Part shown: piece by piece, positions 23,097 to 36,258 of the stretch | Position numbering within the stretch: position 1 is the stretch's first letter | Layout of the letters: every line of letters begins with the position of its first letter | Assembly: GCF_001194135.2 (NCBI RefSeq) | Contig: NC_069006.1 | Location: 17,447,520 to 17,488,423 of the forward strand | Direction: 5' to 3' | Length of the DNA: 40,904 nucleotides | Source: Octopus bimaculoides | Taxonomy: Eukaryota | Made by a program: the position numbers and the translations under genes | The notes under the pieces: generated by a model | What the model saw: only the letters and a program-made list of their open reading frames with translations | Told to the model about the DNA's origin: nothing | Database searches by the model: none

Positions 23097-24370
23097 TTAA
23101 ATATCTTCTCGTTGCTAGCAAAAGTCAACTGTATCTTCTCATGGTACTTATTCATAACTGGATGTTCTGAGTTAGCAACAGTTAGTATTTAGACTCTGAC
23201 CACAAAAGGTATGCTTGTTATCAGAGTTGAACTGTGAACTGTCTGGCTCATAGGCTGATGATTTATTGATTTTAGTTGGCCATGATTAATGTAAAATTCT
23301 CATGGCTCTAAATATATTCTTGGTTGTTGTATACGTTTGTTTAACCTTAGGTCATTACTGATCAAAAATGTTTCAGCTATGCCACTCCTGTCTTTTGGGA
23401 CATAGTGTATTAGGAACTCCATTATTCAATGCATTCTTCCTTTTCTTTTAATCAAAAGGTATGATTTTAGGTAAATTTGGTTGCTATTTCTAGCAAGTTG
23501 GCTCGTATTATCATATTGGCTCATTGGCTTGGATTATCATATTGATAATTGCAAATAGAGCTTGATCCCTCTCTCTACACTCTTCATGTTGATCATCATC
23601 ATTTTTTGGCTATGAGCCTCTTGTCTGACAAAACACTTTTATAAACAATTATTCTGACAATCTTTCTTTTTTTTTCCTTCTCCATCTTATAATAATGTAA
23701 GTTCCCTCCCTTCTCACAACTCTTATTGATTGTTGCTTCTGTGTTTATGAGATTTTTATTATGATCAATTACATATATACATATAAAAGCATGTGTATGT
23801 ATATGCACATGTTTTTTTTTTGTGCCAGCATGGTGAGCTGTGATGTGAGCCATAAATACTAGCAATAGCTGTGTTATTGATTCTTTAGCAGGGAGCTTAT
23901 TTTCTGCATTAATACATTAATTCCTTGATAATTAAATTCATTATCTTCTCAATTTTGTTTATTAATTGGGACTGGTCCTTAAAGTATCTATAGCTCTGTG
24001 TATTAGCCCATTCATTGAGCTACATTAGACAAGTCCAGTGTGTATTAGTTCAATCTCTTTATTGAAGTTTCACGGCACAATAGTCTTCCAAGTAATGTTG
24101 TAGTTGTCTAAGGCTCTTTACCCTCAGAGGCTCCACTTGCCTGCCTAGTTCAGCTCCCATATTGAACTGTTAACCTCAGTAAAGAGTATGCTCACATGAC
24201 TATCAGGTTGAGGCACATGACACAGCAATTATGTCAAACTTTCATTGCTGCAATAACAGGAATGTTGTAACTCTTCCCTTTTTGTTTCATATTATAGTGC
24301 ATTGGATTTTTGCTATAAATTCTTGTTTTCAAACACACAAGGACTGAGAAATGGATAAATTGTCAAACTC

Positions 24371-24764
24371 ATCTTTTAGCTTTTGCTTGTTTTGGCCATT
24401 AAACTGCAGCCATGTTGGAGCACCTACCTTGAAGAATTTTTAGTCAAATCAACCCCAGTACTTTTTTTTTTTATATATAAACCTGGTACATATGCTGTTA
24501 ATCTCTTTTGCCAAACTGCTAATTTACAGGGACATAAACACACCAACACTGGTTATCAAGTGGTGGTGGTGGGGGGGGACAAACACAAATACATACATAT
24601 ATGATGAGCTTCTTTCAATTTCCATCTACCAAATCTATCCACAAAGTTTTTGTCAGCCCAAGGTTATAGTAGAAGACACTTACTCAAGGTTCCACACAGT
24701 GGGTTTGAACCCAGAACCATGTGGTTGGGAAGCAAGCTTCTTAGCAAACAGCCATGCCTGTGCT
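24371..24764 (-). mobile_element. SINE family A, full-length
   Basis: Same head-to-tail match as 20681-21080; CpG-decayed. Confidence 0.8.
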
Positions 24765-25730
24765 TATGGTGATTTTGTATTGATTAGTTTTGAAGCTCTT
24801 CTATTCTCGTTGATGCTATCTACATTCTGCATACATTGTAGAAATCATATGCACATGCTGCAGAAGCCAGCTGCACATGTTTCTGAAACCAGGTGCACTT
24901 GTAGAAGCCTGCTGCTTCAACAACAAATGTAGTCACTAAATATCCACACAAATCAGGTGTGGTCACACAGACTAAATATAGACTTAGTGTTTTATAAAGT
25001 TTATCTAAGATCCAGTTGTTGTTGCAGGAGGTCATTTAGGTCTGGAAGCCGGTTCTCTTTTTTTAAGAAAATGAGGTTAAAGAATCTTCCTGACCAGATG
25101 TATATAAGCCGATGTGGTTATAAAACGTTTCAGGTTGGATGCATATTTATTAATAAGGTTATACAATATCTTCAACTGGGTATATAAACCAACAAAGTTA
25201 TATAATTTTCTAATTAAGAATTATTTTCAGTGTTTCAAAACCAAAATAAATAAATAAATAAAAGGAATACATAAATAACACTGCTATATTTTCCTTCCAG
25301 ATTTTTCTAAATAACTAAGTACACCACAAAAGAATGGCAAAGAAATGATAGTTTGACATGTAATTCTGGGGCGACATGCCTCATAAGTATACACCAAAGT
25401 TCAGAGAGTTTTTACCTCTTGCCAGTCTCTCCCACTGAGTGAAGAGCAGATTGGAGGAATTTCAACCATGTTTCGTGGTCTGCTACCACAACAGCTCCTT
25501 TATAGGATCCAGTTAGCTGAAGACATCATCAGGAGGAACCACGTCTGGTTTCGGCCCCTACTCCTCTACCGTTTTGATGTGGCTGGGCCACCCCCTTTTG
25601 GAGGGGTCTTCAGCTCTGGTGTTGGGTGCATGTCTTCTTTCACTGTTTGTGACTGTTCTAATTCAACTGTGGGATGTCCCTCGCTATGGTTATTTTCCAG
25701 GAGGTTCTGGCCACACGTCTTACTGTTCAT

Positions 25731-25805
25731 GTATGTGTATGAACTGCAATGCTGCATGGTAGTGAGATGTGGGCTCTGAATGAAGAGGACATGCGAAAGC
25801 TGGAT
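25731..25805 (+). mobile_element. RTE-type LINE ORF2 remnant
   Basis: Translates VCV*TAMLHGSEMWALNEEDMRKLD, resembling the post-RT (L)YGSETW motif of RTE elements. The stop TGA fits CGA (Arg) decay. Confidence 0.75.
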
Positions 25806-27039
25806 GTCCTCAGCTGATGTTTAGTTAAGAGGGTTGCTTGAAACCCAAGGGTTTATAAACAGTATAGAAAATTCAGTGTTGTATAACATCCTCTATGTAT
25901 GAGCGAGTGAACAAACAAGTGGAAGTCGCACCCGATGCACATATTTGGGGTTGTATCTACTGAGTAGCAGGCTGACTTAGTTCCTTATATTACTCAAAAT
26001 CTCGTGGATGCGAAAAAAACACAGACAGCTCTTTGGACATTTAGAAATATTGCTTAACAAAACTTTAATATGAGGGAAGTAAACCTCTTAACCACACACA
26101 TACACACACACACTCGTACATTCACGTATGCACACACACACTGTGTGTATTAAGTAAATCTGTTACTCAATACACACACAAATGTGTGTGTGCGTGTGTG
26201 TGTATATATGTATATATATATATATATATATAAATTCACATGTATACATAATCATATAAATATATACACACACATATGTATCAGGTTTGAATATTTAAGT
26301 TTTATATTTCATTTAAATATGGTTGATTAAATCTCATTGAGGACCAAATAAGCGTGGCATCGTCATTTGTGCATACGGTGTACGTAATCTTTCATGGGTG
26401 TGTAGTGTCTGTCTTTGTGTGGGTGTATTCTGTCTGTACCTGTAGGTGTGTGGTTGTTTATATATGTGTTATTTTTGTTGTTGTTTTTTCCTTCTCAGTG
26501 TGTGGATATGTTGTAAAACTTAAATGATTAGATCTGATTGACTCGTTTACATAGTTGGCAGTGATTACTAATTTCATAGAATGAAGAATTCATATGATTA
26601 GATATAATTAATTCATTTACTATTATGGTTTATTTTAAATATTAACATTTCCATATCAACACAGACTATTTAGTTTTGATCAATTACTGACAAGCTATCT
26701 TGCTTAATTAATTGTTTTGAAATTTGAGCCAGTTTCTTTCTCTGTTTATATTCACCCTCTTTGTTTACACTTGTCTTCCATTTGTTTAATCTACTGGGAA
26801 CACTCACATCTTTGTGTGTGTGTGCATGCGTGCGCCTTCGGTGGTATTACTTTTGAAGAGATAGAGTGGGGGAGTGCACCAGTGGCTGTATTAACCATTG
26901 CCACCTTGCTATACCATATATGTGGCAGTTAAATATTTAAATTCATGAAGACAAGATTATAAAACTCATCATCATCATCAGCAGCAACAGAATTTTCACT
27001 AGCGACAGCTTAGGTACATGTAAGATGTTAGTTGGCTAA

Positions 27040-27264
27040 TTCTTTTGATGCCAACTTGCTTAAGACCACTCTTGATTCCATGATAGATACAAGATTCCTA
27101 TTTTAAGGTGATCTAAATTGAGACCTTTCATCAAAATTTCATGTTAATTTATCTTCCAAACACCAGCTTAATAATGATTAAATTATCTTTCTAAATTCTG
27201 CATTGTCTCCAAAATTAATTGAAAGCGTGGCATGTATTTCAATAGGAAGATGGTAGCAAAAGGA
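27040..27264. mobile_element. Older diverged relative of the TTAA MITE
   Basis: Similar length and internal blocks (ttccaaacaccagctt, aattgaaa). Ends are CTAA-ttcttttgatgcc and ggtagcaaaagga-TTAA. Confidence 0.65.
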
Positions 27265-27381
27265 TTAATGTATCTGATTCGTTTTGAGATTTAATTCTTC
27301 ACTTTCTCTGTGTATCACCATTCCATCTTGTCTTGGCTCTTTCTACATTTCTCTCTCCCGCATAGGAGACAGCCAATATTC

Positions 27382-27432
27382 TCAATCTATCTTGACTGCT
27401 TTTTCTCAAGTCTTCTTTGGTCTGCCACTTCT
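27382..27432 (-). mobile_element. RTE-type LINE ORF2 C-terminal remnant
   Basis: Minus translation RSGRPKKT*EKAVKID*, resembling the RGRPRKTW motif near the end of RTE ORF2. Confidence 0.6.
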
Positions 27433-27919
27433 GTGAGTATCTTGTTATGGCTTTGTGCATTTCTCATTTTCCAGCTGCTCATCTATCACGAGAGAGTATT
27501 TCAATTGGAATTTCAACAGTAGAAGGAAGGGTTTGGTTAAATTTGCATGTTTCAACTAGAATTAAAATTGTTGATAGATGTGATGCTACTAGTATTATTA
27601 GCACTTCCACATTCATCTCTTCTCATTGTCATCCTCATCTACCTTCATTGATCTCAACCTGCATTGTTAATTGCTACTGGAATCCAGTTCCAGCTCTCTC
27701 TCTCTAATTGGCAATGAGGTCTGTTACCTCCACCATTAAAGTTTAAAGGACCCCTAGTTGTACAGATGTTATTGCTTAACTTTAGGCCAGCTCTTGTTGA
27801 CCATCCCATCCTTTCTATATGCACAGATGTAAAATATGTCCTTTTCTATGATGACGGGATGTGATTTTGTAGATATTTGGCTGCTATTTCTAGCAGGCTT
27901 GGTGCTCCTTCAATTACAA

Positions 27920-28220
27920 CAATGAGTGTTCCAGTTGATTCGATTAACAAAACAGCCTGCCTGTGAAATTAACATGCAAGTGGCTGAGCACTCTACAAAC
28001 ACGAGTACCCTTAACATAGTTCTCAGGAAGATTCAGCATGTAGACTGTAACAAGGCTGACCCTTTGAATTATAAGTACGACTCATTTTTTGCCAGCTGAG
28101 TGGACTGGAGCAATGTGAAAATAAAGGGACTTTCTGGATACAATGCACCATTGGGAATTGAACTCACGGCCTTGCGATTGTGAGCCAAATACCCTAGTCA
28201 CTAAGCCATGTACCTTCACG
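27920..28220 (-). mobile_element. SINE family D (tRNA-headed)
   Basis: Minus head gtgaaggtacatggcttagtgactagg..gtgagttcaattccc with A/B-box remnants; central ttgctccagtccactcagctggcaaaaatgagt. Confidence 0.7.
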
Positions 28221-29044
28221 ATGTAGTAGGCCCTTTATTCTTCATGTCTGTAACAAGGTCTCCTTTTAGTGTAATTTTATCAGGTGGTCTCCTTAACACT
28301 GGGTCTTCTATCCATCACTATGCGTAGATGTAATGTTATTCAGGATTCTTCTTGACCTCTTCCGCACTTAATTATTAAGCCTTGTCTAGCCATAGTAAGC
28401 TGAAGAATTTACCATTATGGTGGTCATTGTTAGAGGGGGGTTGGAAGGAAGGTTATAGGAAACATACACATGTTGCATGGACACCAACAGACAATGAATG
28501 TACACATACACCTACATAGACACATACACGCACACACACACACACACACGCATGCATGCACATCTACACATGTTGACACATCAACTAGAGACATTTTCTG
28601 GACATCACAGAGAAAGAAAGCTGCAAACATTGAAGCTGGGTCGGAAGTGGGGGTGTCGTGGATTGTGTACATTCAGGATGGCGGACTCGTACAGTAGCAG
28701 ACACTGTGAGAGCGGGGTGGGGATGGGTGGTTGACTGGTGGTGATGATTGAGGGGATTCAAAACACAGATCAACTGTTTCAATCAATACAGCTCTGCGGC
28801 ATCTTTGATCGTTAAGGTTTGCCTGCTAGACTTCTTGGGTTACTCAGCATCACTATTTGTTAATAATTAATTGCCATTTTAATGAAGGGAAATTATAGAA
28901 TAGCAGCATGAAGGCTATCGATTGTGTTTGTCTTTTATTTCCATCCTTTGATGCTCTCTAATGATAACGGATAGAGGCATCCTTCACCCAGCTCTCTTAC
29001 TCCTGTTGACTGGGCTTCTTCTTGCTGTTGTTAGTGTATTATCA

Positions 29045-29300
29045 TAGCTGTCATCGTCATCAGCATCATCAGCAGCAGGGATATCTACATAATCCTCACC
29101 ATCAATATTGCCAATGCCATCATCAGCATAATCATCATCATTAATTATATCATCATTAATATAATCATCATCACCATTACCACTATCGTAATAATGATGA
29201 TGATAATCATAACCATCATCATAATCATCATAATCATCATCATCTTAGGCATCATCATCAGCATTATCATAATCATCCACTTGATCATCATTGTCATTTT
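29045..29300. repeat. Degenerate (CAT)n/(CATAAT)n tract
   Basis: Seen directly. Confidence 0.9.
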
Positions 29301-30061
29301 TTCCTTTCCTTTTGAGTAGAAATATTGTGTTTTCTAGTGATAACTTGGATTTTGGCACACGCTAATTAGTTTCCCTTCACCTGGAAATAAATACAAAAAT
29401 AAAATAGAATATCTGAAAATCAATGCTGTGTTTGAGAAGCTGCTAATTCAATATAAGAGACAGGGTTGTTGTTTTTCTTTTTTTTTTTTTTAATAAATTT
29501 CTTTATATATTTCTTTAAAGTTTTCACCTGGTAGAGAGAGAGAGAGAGAGAGTTCTGAAAGCTTTTCTTTAATCTACTCTGCACTTCTAATGAGACGGAA
29601 GATAATGAAGCAGTTAGCTCACTGCACCCAGGGACTTTCAAAGGAAAAGCTAAGTTAGTGTTAACATATTTAATGCAGGGAGCATTAAATATGCTAACTA
29701 GCAATAATTATGCGGTGAGGAAAAAACAATATTGCTCAATGGCCTAATATCATTTTAATTATTCTAGCAAGTGCAGGGGAATAACTCTGAACAGGAGGAG
29801 GGGAAAATATAAATTAACTTTATGAAAAAAAAATGTTTCCCCTTTCTTTTATGAGAGTTTTTGTCCTTATTTTCCTCTCTATCTAGCAACACACTAACAC
29901 TTAAAATATTACTATGAATAGTTTCTAGACCAATTTGCAGTCATAGTTGTGAAGTAAAGACCATTTTGCTTGTTGCTTCAGATACCTTTGCTCTGATAGT
30001 GTTGTTAAAGCTGTTGGTTGATTTATTCAGGTCACCTGTTGTTTTCATTGCTACCAGTTTG

Positions 30062-30540
30062 CAGCAAGCTGGTTGAGTCGTTGGCATGCTGGATAGAACA
30101 CTGCTATGTAGTATGCATTCTGGTTCTTTGCAATCTGAGTTCAGATTCTACTGGGGTCTGTTTTGCCTTTTATCCTTTCATCATCCTCATTTACCATCCG
30201 GTGCCATGTATAAAACACTGGTGTCAGTGCCATGTAAAAGGCACTCGTGCCGATACCATGTATGATGTATCTGTGTCGTGCCATGTAAAAAAAACACCCA
30301 TACTAGTTGCATGTATAATGCACCCGTGCCAGTGTCACATGTAAAACACCTGTGCTGGTGCCACATACATAGCACCTAGTACTCTCTGTAAAGCAGATGG
30401 TGTTAGGAAAAGCATCCAACCATAAAAACCATTACCAAAACAAGCAACTGGAGCATCGGCAGCTCTCTGGCTGGCCAGCTCCTGTCAAACTGCCCAACCC
30501 ATGCCAGCATGGAGAACAGCATTAAATGATGATGATGATG
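30062..30540 (+). mobile_element. Composite SINE-like element: B-type head, ~26-bp tandem units and RTE-type tail
   Basis: Head ctgagttcagattc..gccttttatcctttc (30062-30185); about seven GTGCCATGTAAAA-type units (30201-30380); tail ..ccaacccatgccagcatgg..aaa(TGA)n ending at 30540. Confidence 0.65.
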
Positions 30541-31486
30541 TTCAATGCTAGCATGAGTTAGACATTTTGATAGAATCTGATGGAGCCAAGGTTCTCTGCA
30601 TCATGTCCCACAGTCTGCTTTGGTGTGGTTTCTATGGCTGGATGTCCTTTCTGCAGCCAACCACTTTACAGCATGTACTGGCTGTTTTTTCTCATATAAG
30701 GTAAGTAGCGGTTAATAGGTGCAGCACTTGGAGTGTGGGTGGGTAGTGCTTGCAAGAGTGTAAGAGAGAGTGAGAGATGGGGAATGAGGGGTGAATATAA
30801 TGAACGAAGAAGAATTGTTGAGTGGATGATAAATAGGGTAAGTAGGTAGCAACTGTTCAGTGAGTAAATAAAGTACCAGTCCTTCAGTTATTGATTCTTC
30901 TCTTTCTCTCTGGAAGAAATTGCCGTGTGTAAAATGCACAAGTCAATATTGTGTGTCACAACATCGCCCCTATGACTTCATCAGGAGTCCCCTCCCCATA
31001 TGTGTCTAGCTGCAACACACGCTTGCACTGCTTGCCAGGTGGATTGCAGCTCTCCTGAAAATGTGGCCGTTAGTGAAAATATCGGTGACAGTAGGTGTTT
31101 CAGACTAACAAACAGTCTAATGGAAATAAATAGACAAAAAAAAAAAAAAAAGGAAAAAACAAAGACAAAGGAGCATTAAAAGATTAAAATTAACAAGTTG
31201 TTGTGATTAGTCTTCAGTCAGTTATCTTCTAGAACTATGATGAAATAAATTGCAGTGATGATTGATGACCATAATGGAATCATCTAATTATAGTTACTTC
31301 ATCCAGCTGATGAATGGCAGTGTGTATTGAACAAATCACTCACTGCCAAGCAACTCAAAGTTATAAGCGTAAATGTTCCAATACCTGTGTCTTTTAATAA
31401 ATTTACTCTTCTATTTCCAATGATATTGAGGTCTATTTTTGTTGTTACACATATGACTTGTTGAAATATATGTATACATACACACA

Positions 31487-32050
31487 ACAAGCTTCTTCCA
31501 TTTTCTGTCTACCAAATTCACTTACAGGGCTTTGGTTGGTCTAGGCCTACAGAAGAAGACACTTATCCAAGGTGCCACACAGTGGAACTGAGCCCAAACC
31601 TCTTCATTAGAAAGCATCTCGACCACACCTGTGCCTATATATTTTCTTGTTCTTCTTGTCTTATACTCCAAATTTCTTGAAATTCTTCTAAGCGATATTT
31701 GGATTGACTTGTCATACACGAAGTATTACCTTGGATCTTAATTCTATTTGAATTTATTGGTATCTAATTGTTTGATAAAGTGAACCAAATTTGTATTGCA
31801 CTGTGCTTTATAGATATTTGCATGGATTTATCAGTCCATTTCACTTTATATATACACACACATATACATATATGATGTATATAAGTACATATATAATGCA
31901 TGGTTTCTGTCTACAAAATTCCCCTCACAAGGAATTGGTCAACTCAAAGCTATGGTGGAGAACATTTGCCCAAGATGCTACACTGTGGGTTCAAACCCAG
32001 GAGCCACTTAATTGTCAAATGAATATGTCTTAACCACACAGCCATGTCTG
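31487..32050 (-). mobile_element. Two SINE family A head fragments (31487-31636, 31905-32050)
   Basis: Variants of tctgtctaccaaatt..ccaaggtgccacacagtgg..ccacac. Confidence 0.7.
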
Positions 32051-33356
32051 CATCCATTTGCAGCTGATTTGACCTCTCACCCCACCTCAAATATTGGCTG
32101 GCTTAAACCTTGTCCTATGTGGTTGTGTAGGTTTTGCCCATACTATCTCATTATATGAAGTTTCTACTGATCAACGCTATAAATATTGATGGAATTTTTC
32201 ACCTACATGGTGGCTCTCTCTGTTCAGCAATTTCACAAGTCAATTATATTTTTACATAAGTTTTGATCTAGGTGCTAACATGGACTGGTGTAAAATTACA
32301 TAAATAGACTATGTCTCATGTTACAAATGGCAACCATAAAAATATTCTCTCATACATAATAAACACTATTATTTTACCTCCGGGATTTTTTTTTTGTGTA
32401 TTTTTCATTTCTTTGTTGTTGTTTTTTTTTCTTGGTAGGGGTTTACATTCCACTCTAGAGAGAAAAGAGACTGCCCATAGCCATTTAAAGTTTTAATTTT
32501 TTTTATTTTTGCAATCCATTTGGTCAGTCAACTCATTGCAGTTGTCCAGCTTGACCTTGTGTTGGTTGATTCCTATAGATCTCGTTTAAGGAGGAGTAGC
32601 TGGTATAGAAACAGTCGCAGGAACAGAGCAAGGGGACAATCAGACTTAATAATACCTCTCCTTTCCCATGTCTGAATGCATCATCATCGTTTAACATCCA
32701 TTTTCTATGTTGTCATGCGTTGGACAGTTTGACAGGAGCTGGCAAGTTAGGGAGCTGTCCAGACTTCAAATTGTCTGTTGTGGCAGGATTTCTACAACTG
32801 GATGCCCTTCCTAACATCAACCACTTTACAGAGTGTGCTGGGTTCTTTTTACATTTCACTGGCATGGGTGCATTTATGCTGCACTGGTATGAGCGCATTT
32901 TATGTGGCACCTGTAAAGGACAAGTGTGTATGTATGGATGAAAAATGCATAGCTTAATCAGATTTGTGCAAAGTAAAAACATGTCCAGCCATTGTGTAGT
33001 TGATCATGTGAAAGACACAGGAATGTGTACACTACTTTTAAATAAAGGCTAGCAACAGGAAAGCCGTCTGGCTGTTGAAGAATACTGCCTCAACAAAGTC
33101 ATGTCTAACCCATGCCAACGTTGAAAAAGTAAGTATAAAAAGGATGGTGACGATAAGGTTGATTGACTAGCTGCATACATGCACAGACAGTGCATATTAC
33201 TGGTACTTGACTAATATCTCTAATTTTGGGGTGGAGTAGGTCATAGAATGAAACAGGATAAAGTGATGTATCTTAGCCAGTGTTCATTTTACAGCCTCAG
33301 CAAAGCTACATTGCTGTTGTGAAAGAAATACTTCTTAAAGAAACTTCTATGACAAG

Positions 33357-33396
<40 letters not shown>

Positions 33397-33844
33397 ATTA
33401 CATGCTTATCATATACATATGTGTGTGTTGTGTGTACTGACATACACACACCCGCTTTTTCTCTCTGGCTGCCTCTTGAGAGTTAGAAAACAATACATTG
33501 TAATATATCTTTTTGACATGCATATTTCTCTGAATGTGTGTGTGTGTGTGTGATGTAGGATATTTATGGTGTTATGTGTGAAAACATTAACATGTTCAGT
33601 ACATTTTGGGAAATATGTAATGTGTGTGTGTGTGCATGTGTGAATATAATGTGTAAAAAAAAGAGATATGTTATTTTTTTCACACATAAAACTATAAACA
33701 TATGCATCTTTAGAGAGATTTATGTATAAGGATGTATATGTTTATATTTTTAGGTGTGAAAACATGAATTTGTCCCATAAATGTTGGCAGAAAATTTTGT
33801 GGAATGTGTGTGTATATGTGTGTGTGTATACACTCACTCATTCA

Positions 33845-34135
33845 CTCAGTCACCATTTCCATTCATTTCGCCATGCTTGCATGGGTTGGATAGGTCTTCT
33901 CCAACCCAATACAGCATCTTACCACTTGATGCAATCCATGGTCAGCTCTTTCACGAGGCCTATTTTACTGGGGTTTTCCCTAGTATTTCCCTTGCTCAGT
34001 CTTCTTCATCCTCATATTCTTTTTATTTGGATTACATGCTATTTACTTCATTACCCGACTGTCGTCGTCAGATCCATATCCTTTGTGTATTTGCACCAGC
34101 TCAGTCTTTTTACTTGCACACTACAACTGACTTCT
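33845..34135 (-). mobile_element. RTE-type LINE 3' fragment (ORF2 end plus tail)
   Basis: Minus-strand broken frames VQVKRLSWCKYTKDMD and LVKELTMDCIKW*DAVL, followed by the ccaacccatgc-agcatgg tail shared with other RTE-type tails in the window. Confidence 0.6.
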
Positions 34136-34142
34136 CTTGCAA

Positions 34143-34178
<36 letters not shown>

Positions 34179-34302
34179 ATTAGGTTTAAAGCTATTAATT
34201 TTCATTATTTAATTGCCATGTAGGTCAATGAACAAATGAATAAAAAGCTGATTAAGTATCAGTGTTAAGTGTTTGACTTCTGCATCAAGCTCTCTCTCTC
34301 TA

Positions 34303-34630
34303 GGCACAAGAGTGGCTGTGTGGTAAGTAGTTTGCTTACCAACCACATGGTTCCGGGTTCAGTCCCACTGCATGGCACCTTGTGAGTGGATTTGGTAGAC
34401 AGAAACTGAAAGAAGCCCGTCGTATATATATATGCGTGTCTGTGTTTGTCCCCCCACCATTGCTTGATAACCGATGTTGGTGTGTTTACGTCCCCATAAC
34501 TTAGCAGTTCGGCAAAAGAAACCGGTAGAATAAGTACTAGGTTTACAAAGAATAAGTCCTGGGGTTGGTTTGTTCGACTAAAGGCGGTGCTGCAGCATGG
34601 CCGCAGTCAAATGACAAACAAATAAAAGAA
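34303..34630 (+). mobile_element. SINE family A, full-length, least diverged copy
   Basis: tRNA-like head with A-box-like TGGCTGTGTGG and B-box GGTTCAGTCCC, an internal (TA/TG) tract, and the tail gcatggccgcagtcaaatgac..aataaaaga. Serves as the reference for the other copies. Confidence 0.85.
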
Positions 34631-35463
34631 TATATATATATATGATATTGTTGTTATAAGAGATTTGTAAAGTTTGAAGAGAATGTGAAATTTTTTTTTG
34701 GGGCGGGGGGAATAGTGGTTCTCAAAGCATACATATAGCTATGAATAAAGCTTCACATTTTGGCACAAGGCCAGCAATTTCAGGGGAGTGGGAAGTCGAT
34801 TACATCAACTGGTACTTATTTTATTGATCCTGAAAAGATGAAAGACAAAGACAACATTCATGGTATTTGAATTCAGAATGTAAGGGCAGAAGAAATGCCG
34901 GTAAGCATTTTTCTGGTGTGGTAACAATTCTGCCAGCTTGTCCCCCTTATATAGCTATAAATAACAGCATGTAAAGATTGGGTTGAAAAACCCTTTTGGT
35001 TACGAAAAAGGTAGACCTTCAACTTCTTTTATCCAAAAGGGAATTTCAACCCAATAGTTACATGATGTGCACACAGGCTGAAGTATGTTGAAATATGAGC
35101 ATCACAAGAATAACTAATGAGGATATTCCTAGTACAGACAATGGAATAGAAACCATTTATTCCCATAGATTGGTTTTGAATTCTGGGGACATTGGTAAAT
35201 ATGACAGGCACAGTGTCCAAAGTGTTGTGACTATGACAATTAAGATGAGGACACTAGTTGTAATATGTGTAATAACACACACACACACATATGCACACAC
35301 ACATCGCACATATATGCATACATATATGCAGTGCCCCAGCATGGCCACAGTCTTTGGGTTGGAATACATAAAAGAATGCACACATTAACACTTTCATATT
35401 TATCTTCTACACACACACACACTCACACTCACACACACACACACTCACACACACACACACACT

Positions 35464-35505
<42 letters not shown>

Positions 35506-36218
35506 NNNNNNNNNNNNNNNNNNNNNNNNNNNNNNNNNNNNNNNNNNNNNNNNNNNNNNNNNNNNNNNNNNNNNNNNNNNNNNNNNNNNNNNNNNNNNNN
35601 NNNNNNNNNNNNNNNNNNNNNNNNNNNNNNNNNNNNNNNNNNNNNNNNNNNNNNNNNNNNNNNNNNNNNNNNNNNNNNNNNNNNNNNNNNNNNNNNNNNN
35701 NNNNNNNNNNNNNNNNNNNNNNNNNNNNNNNNNNNNNNNNNNNNNNNNNNNNNNNNNNNNNNNNNNNNNNNNNNNNNNNNNNNNNNNNNNNNNNNNNNNN
35801 NNNNNNNNNNNNNNNNNNNNNNNNNNNNNNNNNNNNNNNNNNNNNNNNNNNNNNNNGTATCCTGTCATATCCAAATCCTCAAAGCAAAAGAAAGAGAAAA
35901 TAATAATAATAAAAAAGAAATGCAAATATAAAAAAAAAAAACCATAAAAAATAAACTGCTGATTAAACAGATGATTTGATTGAACTATTCTGTAAGGGTA
36001 GTCATTGACAGATTTCTACAGTGACTTAGTGAAAGGCATATTAATTAATTCCAGCTCTGTTGTGTTGACTTTGGAACATAACTGAAATATTTAACAAACT
36101 TACATATTTAAATGAGCCTTTGATACTTTTTATTTTAGTTTTTTTTTTTTTACGCTGTATGCTTTATGTTTTTGATTTTTTATGGTCTTTTCTTCTCCAA
36201 CATCTCTCCATCCCTCAC

Positions 36219-36258
<40 letters not shown>

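Noticed and set aside
25440-25625. Hammerhead-like pieces (CTGAAGA, CTGATGA, GAAAC) on the minus strand
   Set aside because: No arrangement gives paired helices I, II and III next to the core. It may be a decayed remnant, but I cannot support that.
27293-27432. Exon after a very long pyrimidine tract
   Set aside because: Better explained as the antisense strand of a purine-rich RTE remnant.
28140-28220. tRNA gene
   Set aside because: Degenerate A/B boxes continuing into a SINE body with no intact cloverleaf; the same applies to the family A and B heads.
30960-30995. Minus-strand CTGATGA-agtcataggggc-GATG
   Set aside because: GAAA is absent and no helix I or III partner follows.
31255-31310. 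C-box/D-box pair suggesting a snoRNA
   Set aside because: Too short, with no convincing terminal stem or internal boxes.
32580-32675. Arg-rich terminal exon SRLRRSSWYRNSRRNRARGQSDLIIPLLSHV*
   Set aside because: Only an acceptor and a short frame, with no homology; it runs into a repeat.
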